Shown here piece after piece: positions 53,288 through 64,000 of a stretch of 64,000 nt of DNA. The first letter of the stretch is position 1; every line of letters begins with the position of its first letter. A program made the translations under genes and the position numbers. The stretch comes from Candidatus Oxydemutator sp. (GTDB lineage: Bacteria; Pseudomonadota; Gammaproteobacteria; Poriferisulfidales; Oxydemutatoraceae): assembly GCA_965203445.1 (NCBI GenBank), contig OZ241883.1, positions 1,844,315-1,908,314 of the forward strand, read 5' to 3'. The notes beneath the pieces are model-generated. The model was given only the letters and a program-made list of their open reading frames with translations, did not search any database and was not told where the DNA came from.

Positions 53288-54112
<825 letters not shown>

Positions 54113-54113
54113 C

Positions 54114-54395
54114 GTGGCCCGTTCATTGCGCAAAGGCCCGTTCGTGGACGACCACCTGATGAAAAAGGTGCAGACGGCGCTCGACTCGAACGACAAGAAA
54201 CCGATAAAGACCTGGTCGCGGCGTTCGATGGTCGTGCCCGAGATGATCGGGCTTACCATCGCGGTACACAACGGGCGCGTCCACGTGCCGATCCACGTCA
54301 ACGAGCAGATGGTCGGCCACAAGTTGGGCGAGTTCGCGCCGACGCGCACCTTCAAGCAACATTCCGGCGACCGCAAGGTCAAAGGCGTCAAGTGA
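54114..54395 (+). CDS. rpsS: 30S ribosomal protein S19
   Basis: 93 aa with a GTG start: '[18 protein letters not shown]...[13 protein letters not shown]'. Confidence 0.96.
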   Translation: MARSLRKGPFVDDHLMKKVQTALDSNDKKPIKTWSRRSMVVPEMIGLTIAVHNGRVHVPIHVNEQMVGHKLGEFAPTRTFKQHSGDRKVKGVK

Positions 54396-54406
54396 GCCGG
54401 ACGACG

Positions 54407-54739
54407 ATGGAAGTTACCGCCAAATTGAGGGCCTGCCGGGTATCGGCGCGCAAATGCCGCCTGGTTGTAAATCGCGTGCGCGGACTTGCGGTCGGCGACG
54501 CGCTCGAACTGTTGCGCTTCGGGCGCACGCGCCCGGCGTTTTACGTGATGAAGGTTCTCAAATCCGCGATCGCGAACGCCGAGAACAACGAGGGCGCCGA
54601 CATAGACGAGCTGAGGATCAAAAGCATCACGGTGGACCAGGGGCCGACGATGAAGCGCTTTCGCGCGAGGGCCAAAGGGCGCGCGGCGAGCATCGCCAAG
54701 CGCACCAGCCACATCGCCCTGGTGCTGGGAGACGGCTGA
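54407..54739 (+). CDS. rplV: 50S ribosomal protein L22
   Basis: The ATG at 54407 gives [20 protein letters not shown]..., collinear with E. coli METIAKHRHARSS. 110 aa. The ORF-track GTG at 54392 is an alternative start. Confidence 0.94.
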   Translation: MEVTAKLRACRVSARKCRLVVNRVRGLAVGDALELLRFGRTRPAFYVMKVLKSAIANAENNEGADIDELRIKSITVDQGPTMKRFRARAKGRAASIAKRTSHIALVLGDG

Positions 54740-54746
54740 GGACGCG

Positions 54747-55421
54747 ATGGGACAGAAAGTGCATCCGACGGGTTTCCGGCTGGGGATTGCGACCGAATGG
54801 TCGTCGAAGTGGCTCGCCGAGCGCGGCGAATACACGCGCATATTGCACAGCGACCTTGAAATCCGCGCGTTTCTGCGACGCAAGCTCGCGCATGCGTCGG
54901 TCAGCCACGTCCAGATCGAGCGGCCGACGGACGCCGCGCGCATCGTCATACACACCGCGCGCCCGGGCATCGTCATCGGCAAGAGGGGCGCCGACATTGA
55001 CGATCTGCGCCGCGAACTGGCGCGCTTGATGGGGCTGAATCTGGCGAACGTGCGCCTGAACATCGAGGAGGTGCGCAAACCGGAAATGGACGCGACCCTG
55101 GTCGCCGAGAGCGTCGCCAAGCAGCTGGAAAGACGCATCATGTTCCGTCGCGCGATGAAACGCGCGGTGCAGAACGCGATGCGCTTAGGGGCCCTGGGTA
55201 TCAAGATCGCGATCTCCGGACGCCTGAACGGCGCTGAGATCGCGCGTTCGGAATGGTACCACGAAGGGCGCGTGCCGTTGCATACGCTCAATGCGTTTAT
55301 CGATTACGGTCTGGCCGAAGCCAAGACGACGTACGGCGTCATCGGTGTCAAGGTTTGGATCTACGAGGGCGACGTCGCCGGCGGAGCGGGGCGTTCCAGC
55401 GACAAGCGCGGTTTGATCTAG
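54747..55421 (+). CDS. rpsC: 30S ribosomal protein S3
   Basis: 224 aa: [14 protein letters not shown]... Confidence 0.97.
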   Translation: MGQKVHPTGFRLGIATEWSSKWLAERGEYTRILHSDLEIRAFLRRKLAHASVSHVQIERPTDAARIVIHTARPGIVIGKRGADIDDLRRELARLMGLNLANVRLNIEEVRKPEMDATLVAESVAKQLERRIMFRRAMKRAVQNAMRLGALGIKIAISGRLNGAEIARSEWYHEGRVPLHTLNAFIDYGLAEAKTTYGVIGVKVWIYEGDVAGGAGRSSDKRGLI

Positions 55422-55434
55422 GAGCGGTACGGTC

Positions 55435-55848
55435 ATGTTGCAACCCAAGAAAACCCGCTACAGGAAGCAGCACAAGGGCCGCAACCGCGGCCTGGCGCTG
55501 AACGGCAACAAGGTCAGCTTCGGCGAGTACGGCATGAAAGCGACCACGCGCGGGCGCGTCACCGCCCGCCAGATCGAGGCGGCGCGGCGCGCAATGACGC
55601 GCTACGTCAAGCGCGGCGGCAAGATATGGATACGCATTTTCCCGGACAAGCCGATCACGAAAAAGCCGCTCGAGGTCAGACAGGGGAAAGGCAAGGGCAA
55701 CGTCGAGTACTGGGTCGCGCAGGTGCAGCCCGGCAGGATGCTCTATGAAATCGAGGGCGTCAGCGAGGACGTAGCGCGCGCCGCGTTCCGCCTGGCCGGC
55801 GCCAAGCTGGCGGTGCAGACGAGTTTCGTCGCCCGGGGCATCCTCTGA
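55435..55848 (+). CDS. rplP: 50S ribosomal protein L16
   Basis: 137 aa: [19 protein letters not shown]... Confidence 0.97.
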   Translation: MLQPKKTRYRKQHKGRNRGLALNGNKVSFGEYGMKATTRGRVTARQIEAARRAMTRYVKRGGKIWIRIFPDKPITKKPLEVRQGKGKGNVEYWVAQVQPGRMLYEIEGVSEDVARAAFRLAGAKLAVQTSFVARGIL

Positions 55849-56054
55849 TGAAGGCCGGGGAACTGAGACAAAAGGACGACGACGCGCTGCGGCGCGAACT
55901 GCTGGAGTTGTCCGAGGCGCGCTTCAAGCTCGGCTTGCAGGGACGCAGCCAGCAGACCAAGCATCCGCACCGCTTCCGCCGGATTCGCCGCGACCTCGCC
56001 AGGGTCAGGACGGTGCTGCGCGAGCGCCTGGGCGCGGCCGGGGAGACGAAGTGA
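55848..56054 (+). CDS. rpmC: 50S ribosomal protein L29
   Basis: 68 aa: [28 protein letters not shown]. The start overlaps the L16 stop. Confidence 0.93.
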   Translation: MKAGELRQKDDDALRRELLELSEARFKLGLQGRSQQTKHPHRFRRIRRDLARVRTVLRERLGAAGETK

Positions 56055-56368
56055 ACGAGACGGTGAAGCCGGCGGAGTCGGGCGGAAACGACGCCGGTGC
56101 CGCCGCAAGGCGGCGCACGCTGACCGGCACGGTCGTAAGCGATCGCATGGACAAGACCGTCACGGTGCTGGTGCGGCGTCGTTTCCGGCATCCGATGTAC
56201 GGCAAGTACGTGACGCGCACGACCAGGCTCAAGGCGCACGACGCGAGCAACGAATGTCGCGTCGGCGACGTGGTCGCGATCACGTCGTGTCGGCGCTTGG
56301 CGAAGTCCAAGTCGTGGCGTCTGTCGGAGATCGTCGAGCGGGCGCAGGATCGAGGGGGCGCGACGTGA
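56051..56368 (+). CDS. rpsQ: 30S ribosomal protein S17
   Basis: 105 aa: '[33 protein letters not shown]'. The GTG start overlaps the L29 stop (GTGA). It has a ~20-aa N-terminal extension relative to E. coli. Confidence 0.92.
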   Translation: MNETVKPAESGGNDAGAAARRRTLTGTVVSDRMDKTVTVLVRRRFRHPMYGKYVTRTTRLKAHDASNECRVGDVVAITSCRRLAKSKSWRLSEIVERAQDRGGAT

Positions 56369-56733
56369 TACAGATGCAGACGCTGCTGGCCGTCGCCGAC
56401 AACAGCGGCGCGCGCAAGGTGCAGTGCATCAAGGTGCTGGGCGGCTCGCGCCGGCGCTACGCCAATATCGGCGACGTCATCAAGGTCAGCGTCAAGGACG
56501 CGATCCCGCGCGGCCAGGTCAAGAAGGGCGAGGTGTACAACGCCGTGGTCGTGCGCACGCGCAAGGGCGTGCGCCGCGGCGACGGTTCGCTGATCCGCTT
56601 CGACGGCAACGCCGCGGTGCTGCTCAACAACCAGCTCCAGGCCGTCGGCACCCGTATCTTCGGTCCGGTGACGCGCGAGCTGCGCACCGAGCGTTTCATG
56701 AAGATCATCTCGCTGGCGCCGGAGGTGTTGTAG
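56365..56733 (+). CDS. rplN: 50S ribosomal protein L14
   Basis: The GTG at 56365 overlaps the S17 stop. It reads (M)[26 protein letters not shown]. 122 aa. Confidence 0.96.
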   Translation: MIQMQTLLAVADNSGARKVQCIKVLGGSRRRYANIGDVIKVSVKDAIPRGQVKKGEVYNAVVVRTRKGVRRGDGSLIRFDGNAAVLLNNQLQAVGTRIFGPVTRELRTERFMKIISLAPEVL

Positions 56734-57051
56734 GTGAACAAGATACGCAAGGGCGACGAGGTCGTCGTCATCAGCGGGCGCGACAAGGGGCGCCGCGGGC
56801 GCGTGCTGCGCGTGTCCACTACCGACGGCAAGGTGCTCGTCGAGAACGTCAACGTGGTCAAGAAAACCATGCGCCCGAATCCGAACACCGGCGAGGCCGG
56901 CGGCATCGTCGAGCAGGAGCGCATGCTGGACGTCTCGAACGTGCTGTTGTTCAATTCCGAAACGGGCAAGGGCGACCGCGTGGGTTTCAAAATCGGCGAG
57001 GACGGGCGCAAGGTGCGCTACTTCAAGTCCGACGGCAGGGAGGCGTCGTAA
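56734..57051 (+). CDS. rplX: 50S ribosomal protein L24
   Basis: 105 aa: '[24 protein letters not shown]' (KOW). Confidence 0.95.
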   Translation: MNKIRKGDEVVVISGRDKGRRGRVLRVSTTDGKVLVENVNVVKKTMRPNPNTGEAGGIVEQERMLDVSNVLLFNSETGKGDRVGFKIGEDGRKVRYFKSDGREAS

Positions 57052-57590
57052 TGGCGCAACTGGAACAAACGTACCGGCGCGAAATCGTGCCCCAGCTGAT
57101 GCGCGAACTGGGACACAAGAACCCGATGCAGACGCCGCGCCTGGTCAAGATCACCCTGAACATGGGGCTGGGGGCCGCGGCCCGCGACCGCAACGCGATG
57201 GCGGCCGCGATGGACGATCTGGCGCTGATCGCCGGCCAGCGGCCGTCGGTGACGCGCGCGCGCAAATCCATCGCTGGTTTCGGCATACGCGGCGGTTGGC
57301 CGGTCGGCTGCCGGGTGACGCTGCGCCGCGCCAGGATGTACGGTTTCTTCGAGCGCCTCGTGAACGTCGCGATACCCAGGATCAGGGATTTTCGCGGCTT
57401 GAGCCGCAAGTCGTTTGATGGACGCGGCAACTTCAGCCTCGGCATCGCCGAGCACATCGTATTCCCCGAAATCGACTACGACAAGATCGAGCAGTTGCGC
57501 GGGCTGGACGTCGCGATCACGACCAGCACCGCGTCCGACGAGGAAGCGCGCCGTCTGTTGGCGGCCTTGCGCTTTCCCTTCAAGGATTGA
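57051..57590 (+). CDS. rplE: 50S ribosomal protein L5
   Basis: The ATG at 57051 overlaps the L24 stop by 1 nt (TAATG). It reads [39 protein letters not shown]. 179 aa. Confidence 0.96.
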   Translation: MAQLEQTYRREIVPQLMRELGHKNPMQTPRLVKITLNMGLGAAARDRNAMAAAMDDLALIAGQRPSVTRARKSIAGFGIRGGWPVGCRVTLRRARMYGFFERLVNVAIPRIRDFRGLSRKSFDGRGNFSLGIAEHIVFPEIDYDKIEQLRGLDVAITTSTASDEEARRLLAALRFPFKD

Positions 57591-57609
57591 ACCAGCGGAG
57601 ACTTACGGC

Positions 57610-57915
57610 ATGGCCAAGACGTGCATGATAGAGAGAGAAAAGAAGCGGCGCCAGACCGTCGCCAAGCTCGGCAAGAAGCGCTTGGCGTTGAAGGCCGCGC
57701 TGAAGAACCCCGCGGCCAGCCGCGAGGAGCGGATGGGAGTCATCGCGCGCCTGCAGAAGTTGCCGCGCAACGCGAGCCCGTGCCGTTTGCGCAACCGTTG
57801 TCGGATCACCGGCAGGGCCAAGGGTTATTACCGCAAGTTCGGCCTGGGCCGCAACAAGCTGCGCGAATACGCGATGCTCGGCTACATTCCCGGGCTCGTC
57901 AAATCGAGTTGGTGA
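57610..57915 (+). CDS. rpsN: 30S ribosomal protein S14
   Basis: 101 aa: [17 protein letters not shown]...[26 protein letters not shown]... Confidence 0.95.
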   Translation: MAKTCMIEREKKRRQTVAKLGKKRLALKAALKNPAASREERMGVIARLQKLPRNASPCRLRNRCRITGRAKGYYRKFGLGRNKLREYAMLGYIPGLVKSSW

Positions 57916-57925
57916 GGGGCGCGCG

Positions 57926-58324
57926 ATGAGCATGAGCGATCCGGTGGCGGACATGCTGACGCGCATACGCAACGCGCAGCGGGCGCACCTGCCCGAGGTG
58001 GCGATGCCGGCCTCGAAGATGAAGGCGGCGATCGCAAAGACGTTGCAGCGGGAGGGTTACATCGCCGGCCACCGCGAGCACGCCGACGACGCCGGGCGCA
58101 AGCTGCTTACGATCACGCTGCGCTACTATGAAGGCAAACCGGTGATTTCGGCGATTCGGCGCGTCAGCACGCCCGGGCTGCGCGTCTATCGCAAGGGGGA
58201 TCAACTGCCCGTGGTGCTCGGCGGCATGGGCACGGTGGTCGTGTCGACGTCGAAAGGCGTGATGAGCGGGCGCGAGGCCCAGGCCACGGGACACGGCGGC
58301 GAGATCGTCTGTGAGGTCGAGTAG
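57926..58324 (+). CDS. rpsH: 30S ribosomal protein S8
   Basis: 132 aa: MSMSDPVADMLTRIRNAQRA. Confidence 0.96.
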   Translation: MSMSDPVADMLTRIRNAQRAHLPEVAMPASKMKAAIAKTLQREGYIAGHREHADDAGRKLLTITLRYYEGKPVISAIRRVSTPGLRVYRKGDQLPVVLGGMGTVVVSTSKGVMSGREAQATGHGGEIVCEVE

Positions 58325-58328
58325 CGGC

Positions 58329-58847
58329 ATGTCGAGAATCGCAAAAAAACCGGTTGCGATTCCGCGGGGCGTCGAGGTGCGCGTGGAGGAACGCGAGGTT
58401 CACGCGCAAGGCCCGCGCGGCGCGGGCAGCGTCTCGGTGCACCAAAGCGTCGGCTTCGAACGGCACGACGACCGTATCGAATTTACCGCCGCCGACGCGG
58501 CCATGGGCGGCACGATGCGCGCGCTCGTGGCCAACCTGATGACCGGCGTAAGCCGCGGCTTCGAACGCAGGCTCGAGCTGGCCGGCGTCGGCTTTCGCGC
58601 GCAGGTCAAGGGCGACGTGCTGAACCTGCAAATCGGTTATTCGCACCCGGTCGACTACAGGATAGACGAGGCCGTCGTCGTAGAGACGCCGAGCGCGACC
58701 GAGATCGTCGTCACAGGCGTGGACAAGCAGAAGGTCGGCCAAGTGGCCGCCGAGATCCGCGGTTTGCGCCCGCCCGAACCCTACAAGGGCAAAGGCGTGT
58801 GCTACAGCGGAGAGCGCATCCGCCGCAAGGACGCGAAGAAGAAATAA
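58329..58847 (+). CDS. rplF: 50S ribosomal protein L6
   Basis: From the internal ATG it reads [19 protein letters not shown]... 172 aa. Confidence 0.95.
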   Translation: MSRIAKKPVAIPRGVEVRVEEREVHAQGPRGAGSVSVHQSVGFERHDDRIEFTAADAAMGGTMRALVANLMTGVSRGFERRLELAGVGFRAQVKGDVLNLQIGYSHPVDYRIDEAVVVETPSATEIVVTGVDKQKVGQVAAEIRGLRPPEPYKGKGVCYSGERIRRKDAKKK

Positions 58848-58876
58848 CGTGAACCGAAGAAATAACGTGAACCGCA
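58841..58876. repeat. 18-bp tandem duplication x2 spanning the rplF stop / rplR start
   Basis: gaaataacgtgaaccgaa (58841-58858) is followed by gaaataacgtgaaccgca (58859-58876). Each copy carries TAA plus GTG. Confidence 0.85.
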
Positions 58877-59211
58877 AGACCGCCAGATTGAGACGCGCGC
58901 GCAAGACCAGAAGCCGCGCGCGGCGTCGCGCCGTGCACCGCCTGTGCGTGCACCGCACGCCGCGTCACATCTACGCCCAGATCATCGCGCCGGACGGCGC
59001 CGGCACGCTGGCTTCGGCCTCGACGCTGGAGAAAAACATGGTCGCGCCCGGAGGCCGCAAGCAAGCGGCGAGCCGCGTCGGCGCCGCGATCGCCGAGCGC
59101 GCCCTGGCGAAGGGCGTCACCAAGGTGGCTTTTGATCGCTCGGGCTTTCGGTATCATGGGCGCATCAAGGCCCTGGCCGAAGCCGCGCGCGGCGGCGGCC
59201 TCGCCTTATAA
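58867..59211 (+). CDS. rplR: 50S ribosomal protein L18
   Basis: The second GTG gives (M)[34 protein letters not shown], collinear with E. coli MDKKSARIRRATRARRKL. The first GTG at 58849 (ORF-track start) has an identical upstream context because of the duplication. Confidence 0.93.
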   Translation: MNRKTARLRRARKTRSRARRRAVHRLCVHRTPRHIYAQIIAPDGAGTLASASTLEKNMVAPGGRKQAASRVGAAIAERALAKGVTKVAFDRSGFRYHGRIKALAEAARGGGLAL

Positions 59212-59225
59212 ATCTGGAGCAGACG

Positions 59226-59732
59226 ATGTCAAACGTCGAAAAAGCGGAATTGACCGACGGCCTGCTTGAGAAGCTGGTCACCATCAATCGCGTCGCGAAG
59301 GTCGTCAAGGGCGGGCGCCAATTCGGCTTTACCGCGTTGACCGTCGTCGGCGACGGCAACGGCAAAGCCGGCATCGGCTACGGCAAGGCGCGCGAGGTGC
59401 CCGTCGCGATACAAAAGGCGATGGAGATCGCGCGCAAGCAGATGGTCGAAATATCGCTTGACAACGGCACGCTCTACTACCCGTTGATCGGCAGGCACGG
59501 CGCTTCCAGGGTCTATATGTCGCCGGCTTCCGAGGGCACCGGTATTATCGCCGGCGGCCCGATGCGCGCCGTGTTCGAGGTGCTGGGCGTGCACAACGTG
59601 CTTGCCAAGTGCCTGGGGTCGAGGAATCCGATCAACGTGGTCAACGCGACTTTCGAGGGATTGCAGAGCATGCAGTCGCCGCACCGGATCGCCGCCAAGC
59701 GCGGCAAGAACGTCGAGGAGCTGAGGCAATGA
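59226..59732 (+). CDS. rpsE: 30S ribosomal protein S5
   Basis: 168 aa: '[44 protein letters not shown]'. Confidence 0.97.
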   Translation: MSNVEKAELTDGLLEKLVTINRVAKVVKGGRQFGFTALTVVGDGNGKAGIGYGKAREVPVAIQKAMEIARKQMVEISLDNGTLYYPLIGRHGASRVYMSPASEGTGIIAGGPMRAVFEVLGVHNVLAKCLGSRNPINVVNATFEGLQSMQSPHRIAAKRGKNVEELRQ

Positions 59733-59917
59733 GCGCAAAACGCCTCAGGGTGACGCTGGTCAGAAGCGCGGCCGGGCGCCTGCGCGCGCACAAGGCGTGC
59801 GCCGCGGGGCTAGGCCTGCGGCGCACCGGCAGCAGCGCGCTCGTCGCCGACACTCCCGAGAACCGCGGCATGATCGCCAAAATATCGTATCTGCTGGAGG
59901 TCGAGGAGCATGCGTGA
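59729..59917 (+). CDS. rpmD: 50S ribosomal protein L30
   Basis: The ATG at 59729 overlaps the S5 stop (ATGA). It reads [32 protein letters not shown]. 62 aa. Confidence 0.92.
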   Translation: MSAKRLRVTLVRSAAGRLRAHKACAAGLGLRRTGSSALVADTPENRGMIAKISYLLEVEEHA

Positions 59918-60374
59918 GCGGCTGCCCGAAGGTCTGCGTCGCGGCCTCGACTTGAACGAGGTAGAGCGCGGCTATTGGCGCGCCTCGCGCAAGCGCGTCG
60001 GGCGCGGCAACGGTTCCGGGCGCGGCACCACGTGCGGGCGCGGCAGCAAGGGCCAGAAGTCCCGTTCCGGCGGCTACCACAAAGTTGGCTTCGAGGGCGG
60101 CCAGATGCCGTTGCAGCGGCGCCTGCCGAAAATCGGTTTTCGTTCGAGGAACAAGGACGACGGCGGCGAAGTGCGCCTCGACCGCCTGGAGGCCGCCGCC
60201 GGCGACCTCTTCGACCTCCAGACGTTGATCGACAAGAAGCTCGCGCCGCGTCGCGCCAAGCGCGTCAAGATCATCGCCTCGGGCCAGATCAAGCGCGCCG
60301 TTACCGTGCGCGGCGTCGCCGTGAGCGCGGGCGCGCGCAAGGCGATAGAGGCCGTCGGCGGCAAGGTCGAGTAG
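59910..60374 (+). CDS. rplO: 50S ribosomal protein L15
   Basis: 154 aa: '[25 protein letters not shown]...[17 protein letters not shown]'. The N-terminus is ~11 aa longer than in E. coli, so the true start may be downstream. Confidence 0.93.
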   Translation: MRERLPEGLRRGLDLNEVERGYWRASRKRVGRGNGSGRGTTCGRGSKGQKSRSGGYHKVGFEGGQMPLQRRLPKIGFRSRNKDDGGEVRLDRLEAAAGDLFDLQTLIDKKLAPRRAKRVKIIASGQIKRAVTVRGVAVSAGARKAIEAVGGKVE

Positions 60375-60378
60375 AACG

Positions 60379-61707
60379 ATGGCGGCTACGGCTTCGAGCA
60401 TTGCCAGCATGGCGAATACGGGACGCTTCACCGAGCTGCGCAAGCGCATCGGCTTTGTGCTGATGGCGCTGGTGATCTTTCGTCTGGGTAGCTTTATTCC
60501 GGTGCCCGGCGTGGATCCGGTGCAGATGGCGCAGTTCTTCGAGCAGCAGAGCGGCACGATACTGGCGATGTTCAACATGTTCTCCGGCGGCGCGCTCGAG
60601 CGGCTCAGCGTCTTCGCCCTCGGCGTGATGCCGTACATCTCCGCGGCCATCATCATGCAGTTGATGACCGCGATCGTGCCGACGCTGAAGGAGCTGAAGA
60701 AGGAAGGCGAGCAGGGACGCCGCACGATCATGAAATACACCCGCTACGGCACCGTCGCCCTGGCGACGTTCCAGGCCGTCGGCGTGGCCGTCGCGCTGCA
60801 AGGACAGAACGTCGCGTACATCGCGGGCCCGACCTTCATCCTGACCGCGGCCATCTCGCTGGTGACCGGCACGATGTTCCTGATGTGGCTGGGCGAACAG
60901 ATCAACGAGCGTGGCATCGGCAACGGCATATCCATCATCATCTTCGCCGGTATCGTCGCCGGCCTGCCGTCGGCGGCCGGCGGTACGCTCGAGCTGGCGA
61001 ACACCGGCGAATTGTCGGCGCCGCTGGTGATGCTGATTTTAGGGCTTGCCGTCGGCGTGACCGCCTTTGTCGTGTTTGTCGAAAAGGGCCAGCGCCGTCT
61101 GATAGTCAACTACGCCAGACGCCAGCAGGGACAGAGAATCTACGCCGCGCCGTCGAGCCACCTGCCGCTGAAGCTGAACATGGCGGGCGTCATCCCGCCG
61201 ATCTTCGCGTCGAGCATCATCCTGTTTCCGGCGACGCTGGGACAATGGTTCGGGCGCACCGAGGGCATGGGTTGGCTGGGCCAGATTTCCAACACGCTGG
61301 CGCCGGGGCAACCGCTGTACATTGCGTTCTACGCGCTGGCCATCGTCTTCTTCTGCTTTTTCTACACCGCCATCGTGTTCGACGCGCACGACACCGCCGA
61401 TAACCTGAAGCGCGGCGGTGCCTTCATCCCCGGCATTCGCCCCGGCAACCAGACCGCCTTTTACATCGACCGCGTGCTGAGCCGGCTGACGGTGATGGGA
61501 GCGGTGTACATCACGCTGGTGTGCCTGCTGCCGGAGTTTTTGATACTGTCGTGGAACGTGCCGTTTTATTTCGGCGGCACCTCGCTGCTGATCATCGTCG
61601 TCGTGATCATGGATTTCATGGCGCAGGTGCAGAATCAGCTGTTGTCGCAGCAGTACGAGGGTCTGCTGAAGAAGGCCAACCTGAAGGGCATGAGACGGCG
61701 CCAATAA
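60379..61707 (+). CDS. secY: preprotein translocase subunit SecY
   Basis: 442 aa: '[28 protein letters not shown]', with 10 TM-like segments. Confidence 0.97.
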   Translation: MAATASSIASMANTGRFTELRKRIGFVLMALVIFRLGSFIPVPGVDPVQMAQFFEQQSGTILAMFNMFSGGALERLSVFALGVMPYISAAIIMQLMTAIVPTLKELKKEGEQGRRTIMKYTRYGTVALATFQAVGVAVALQGQNVAYIAGPTFILTAAISLVTGTMFLMWLGEQINERGIGNGISIIIFAGIVAGLPSAAGGTLELANTGELSAPLVMLILGLAVGVTAFVVFVEKGQRRLIVNYARRQQGQRIYAAPSSHLPLKLNMAGVIPPIFASSIILFPATLGQWFGRTEGMGWLGQISNTLAPGQPLYIAFYALAIVFFCFFYTAIVFDAHDTADNLKRGGAFIPGIRPGNQTAFYIDRVLSRLTVMGAVYITLVCLLPEFLILSWNVPFYFGGTSLLIIVVVIMDFMAQVQNQLLSQQYEGLLKKANLKGMRRRQ

Positions 61708-61724
61708 GTTCGCGGGAGACGATT

Positions 61725-61838
61725 ATGAAAGTCAGAGCCTCGGTCAAGCGCATTTGCCGCAACTGCAAGCTGGTACGGCGCAAGGGCGTCGTGCGGGTAA
61801 TCTGCACCGACCCTCGTCACAAACAACGCCAGGGTTGA
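61725..61838 (+). CDS. rpmJ: 50S ribosomal protein L36
   Basis: 37 aa: [37 protein letters not shown]. Confidence 0.95.
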   Translation: MKVRASVKRICRNCKLVRRKGVVRVICTDPRHKQRQG

Positions 61839-61919
61839 TGCGCCTGCGTACTCCCCATCCGAGGTGGCGGCGACGGCCACCGCCCGACGTGCTACAATAA
61901 CGGGCTTTGAGTTACTTAG

Positions 61920-62276
61920 ATGGCACGTATCGCAGGCATCAACGTTCCCGACCGCAAGCACGCCGAGATTGCCCTCACCGGCATTTTCGGCATCGGCAGA
62001 AATCTTGCCCGTAAGATTTGCGAACAGAGCGGCGTGGACGCCGCTGCGCGCATCAAGGACCTGGCCAACGAGGACCTGGAGAAATTGCGCGGCGCGGTGG
62101 CGCAATACGCGGTCGAGGGCGACCTGCGGCGCGAGATCAACTTGAACGTCAAACGTCTCAAGGATCTTGGCTGTTACCGAGGCATCCGCCACCGCCAAGG
62201 CCTGCCGGTGCACGGACAGAGAACCCGCACCAACGCGCGCTGCCGCAAGGGGCCGCGCCGCCTGATCAAGAAATAA
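61920..62276 (+). CDS. rpsM: 30S ribosomal protein S13
   Basis: 118 aa: [26 protein letters not shown]. Confidence 0.97.
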   Translation: MARIAGINVPDRKHAEIALTGIFGIGRNLARKICEQSGVDAAARIKDLANEDLEKLRGAVAQYAVEGDLRREINLNVKRLKDLGCYRGIRHRQGLPVHGQRTRTNARCRKGPRRLIKK

Positions 62277-62286
62277 GAGACGAGCC

Positions 62287-62676
62287 ATGGCAAAGACAGC
62301 GACGCGTAGCCGCAAGAAAGCGAAGAAAAACGTTCCCGACGGCATCGCCCACATCAGCTCGTCGTTCAACAACACCGTGATTACGATCACGGACGCGCAG
62401 GGCAACGCCCTGTGCTGGTCGAGCGCGGGCGCCGCCGGCTTTCGGGGGTCTCGCAAAAGCACGCCGTTTGCGGCGCAGGTCGCGGCCGGCAAGGCCGGAC
62501 AGGCGGCGTTGGAGCACGGCGTCAAAAACCTCGAGGTCAACGTGCGCGGGCCCGGACCCGGGCGCGAGTCGGCGATTCGCGCGCTGCACGCCGCCGGCTT
62601 CAAAATTACCCGCGTGATGGATACGACGCCGTTGCCGCACAACGGTTGCCGCCCGTCGAAGAAACGCAGGATCTGA
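62287..62676 (+). CDS. rpsK: 30S ribosomal protein S11
   Basis: 129 aa: '[43 protein letters not shown]'. Confidence 0.97.
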   Translation: MAKTATRSRKKAKKNVPDGIAHISSSFNNTVITITDAQGNALCWSSAGAAGFRGSRKSTPFAAQVAAGKAGQAALEHGVKNLEVNVRGPGPGRESAIRALHAAGFKITRVMDTTPLPHNGCRPSKKRRI

Positions 62677-62685
62677 GGCGCGACC

Positions 62686-63306
62686 GTGGCGCGGTATCGC
62701 AAGTCCACCTGTAAGTTGAGCCGGCGCGAGGGCACCGACCTGATGTTGAAAGGTCGCGCCCGCTCGCTCGAGGAGAAATGCAACATGGCGAAACTGCCGG
62801 GGCAGCACGGCGACCGTCGCCCGCGGCTGTCCGACTACGGCCTGCAGTTGCGCGAGAAACAGAAGCTGCGTCGCATGTACGGCGTGCTCGAACGTCAGTT
62901 CCGCAACTACTACCGCAAGGCCGCGGCGCAACGCGGTTCCACCGGCGAGAACTTGCTGCAAATGCTGGAAGGTCGGCTTGACAACGTCGTCTATCGGATG
63001 GGTTTCGGCGTGACCCGCGCCGAATGTCGCCAGTTGATCAGCCACAAGGCGATTGCCGTCAACGACCGCGTCGTCAACGTGCCCTCGTACCAGGTGCAGC
63101 CGTCCGACGTCGTCTCAATCGCGACGCGCGCCAAGCAGCAGCTGCGCGTGCAAGAGGCGCTGCACGTCGCCGAGCAGATCGGTTTTGCCGATTGGGTCGA
63201 AGTGGACGTGAAGAATATGACCGGAACGTTCAAGAGCCGTCCGGAGCGCTCCGAACTGCCTCCGGAAATCAACGAATCCCTTGTCGTTGAGCTGTATTCC
63301 AAATAA
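62686..63306 (+). CDS. rpsD: 30S ribosomal protein S4
   Basis: 206 aa with a GTG start: [18 protein letters not shown]... Confidence 0.96.
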   Translation: MARYRKSTCKLSRREGTDLMLKGRARSLEEKCNMAKLPGQHGDRRPRLSDYGLQLREKQKLRRMYGVLERQFRNYYRKAAAQRGSTGENLLQMLEGRLDNVVYRMGFGVTRAECRQLISHKAIAVNDRVVNVPSYQVQPSDVVSIATRAKQQLRVQEALHVAEQIGFADWVEVDVKNMTGTFKSRPERSELPPEINESLVVELYSK

Positions 63307-63330
63307 GCCGGGCAATTCGGGAGAGGGGTT

Positions 63331-64000
63331 TTGAGCAATTACGTGAACAACTTGCTGAAGCCGCGCATGGCGGACGTGCAGAATATATCCGACACGCAGA
63401 TGCGCGTTGTATTGGAACCGCTGGAGCGCGGCTTCGGTTATACCCTGGGCAACGCGCTGCGCCGCGTTCTGCTGTCCTCGATTCAGGGCGCGGCCGTGGT
63501 CGAGGCGAGGATAGACGGCGTGTTGCACGAGTATTCGACGATCCCGTCGGTGCAGGAGGACGTCGTTGACATCCTGCTGAATCTAAAGGGCCTGAACCTC
63601 AGGCTGCACGACAAGGACGAGGCCAAGGCCAGCCTGCACAAGGTCGGCAAGGGCGTCGTCACCGCCGCCGATATCGTGACCGACGGCAGCGTCGAAATCG
63701 CGAACGAGGATCACGTCATCGCCCACGTCATGGACAAGGGCGAGCTCAACGTGATGCTGACGATAGAACGCGGCTGCGGCTATCGTCCGGCCTCGGCGCA
63801 CGGCTCGGCCGAAGAGGGCGACGCCGTTGGCACCCTGCTGCTGGACGCGAATTTCAGCCCGGTCAAGCGCGTCACCTACAGCGTCGAGAGCGCGCGCAAG
63901 GGCGGGCGCACCAACCTCGACAAGCTGATCGTGGAACTGGAGGCCGACGGCACGATAGGCGCTGAGGAATTGATTCGCCAGGCGGCCACTATCCTTTACT
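63331..64000 (+). CDS. rpoA: DNA-directed RNA polymerase subunit alpha (5' part; runs off the right window edge)
   Basis: Not in the ORF track because there is no stop in the window. My translation from the TTG at 63331 (SD gggagagggg upstream) gives [88 protein letters not shown], collinear with E. coli RpoA. Confidence 0.93.
   Translation, partial: MSNYVNNLLKPRMADVQNISDTQMRVVLEPLERGFGYTLGNALRRVLLSSIQGAAVVEARIDGVLHEYSTIPSVQEDVVDILLNLKGLNLRLHDKDEAKASLHKVGKGVVTAADIVTDGSVEIANEDHVIAHVMDKGELNVMLTIERGCGYRPASAHGSAEEGDAVGTLLLDANFSPVKRVTYSVESARKGGRTNLDKLIVELEADGTIGAEELIRQAATILY

Noticed and set aside
61839-61919. Promoter/terminator between rpmJ and rpsM
   Set aside because: A TACAAT hexamer (61893-61898) is present, but the -35 region (GCGACG) is poor. 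The nearby hairpin has a 6-bp stem and no T-tract, so the evidence is too weak to call.

Overview
This is a high-GC chromosome segment with gammaproteobacterial-type gene order. The run hemJ-argC-erpA-anmK-M23 peptidase-tyrS, plus pilD-coaE and bamD-rluD-pgeF, matches the Pseudomonas-like arrangement as I remember it. I found no rRNA, CRISPR array, transposase or integrase. The window has three parts.

(1) 1-10.6 kb is a compositionally mosaic, lower-GC accessory region.
- It carries envelope-glycan genes: a methyltransferase, a capsule-synthesis-like protein and two Kdo/WaaP-like kinases.
- It has an orphan AAA+/DUF4143 ATPase.
- It has an AT-rich islet with a 399-aa XRE-HTH protein and an overlapping 71-aa gene.
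- It has a divergent radical-SAM / oxidoreductase versus small protein / kinase / NHLP-leader-like cluster.
- It has GC-rich palindromic (REP-like) elements and a 91-bp duplication scar.

(2) 10.6-33.5 kb is housekeeping DNA. The normally contiguous pilC and pilD genes are separated by an 8.7-kb, tightly coupled, eight-gene plus-strand operon. Its products are a secreted acidic repeat protein, a lipoprotein, a PEGA/helical-repeat protein, a PEGA-FGE-domain protein, a mini-TM protein, a MotA/ExbB-like channel, and two ExbD/TolR-like TM-Asp proteins with coiled-coil + vWA ectodomains. I consider this the best candidate for an undescribed system.

(3) 33.7-64 kb is the classic tRNA(Tyr,Gly,Thr)-tuf-tRNA(Trp)-secE-nusG-rplKAJL-rpoBC-rpsLG-fusA-tuf-S10-spc-alpha block. 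It is ordinary except for three things:
- The two tuf CDSs are nearly identical.
- Both tuf copies have an extreme purine-ending codon usage that the neighbouring genes lack.
- An 18-bp tandem duplication spans the rplF/rplR junction.

All calls come from reading the sequence and the ORF track. Family assignments rest on remembered motifs, not on searches.
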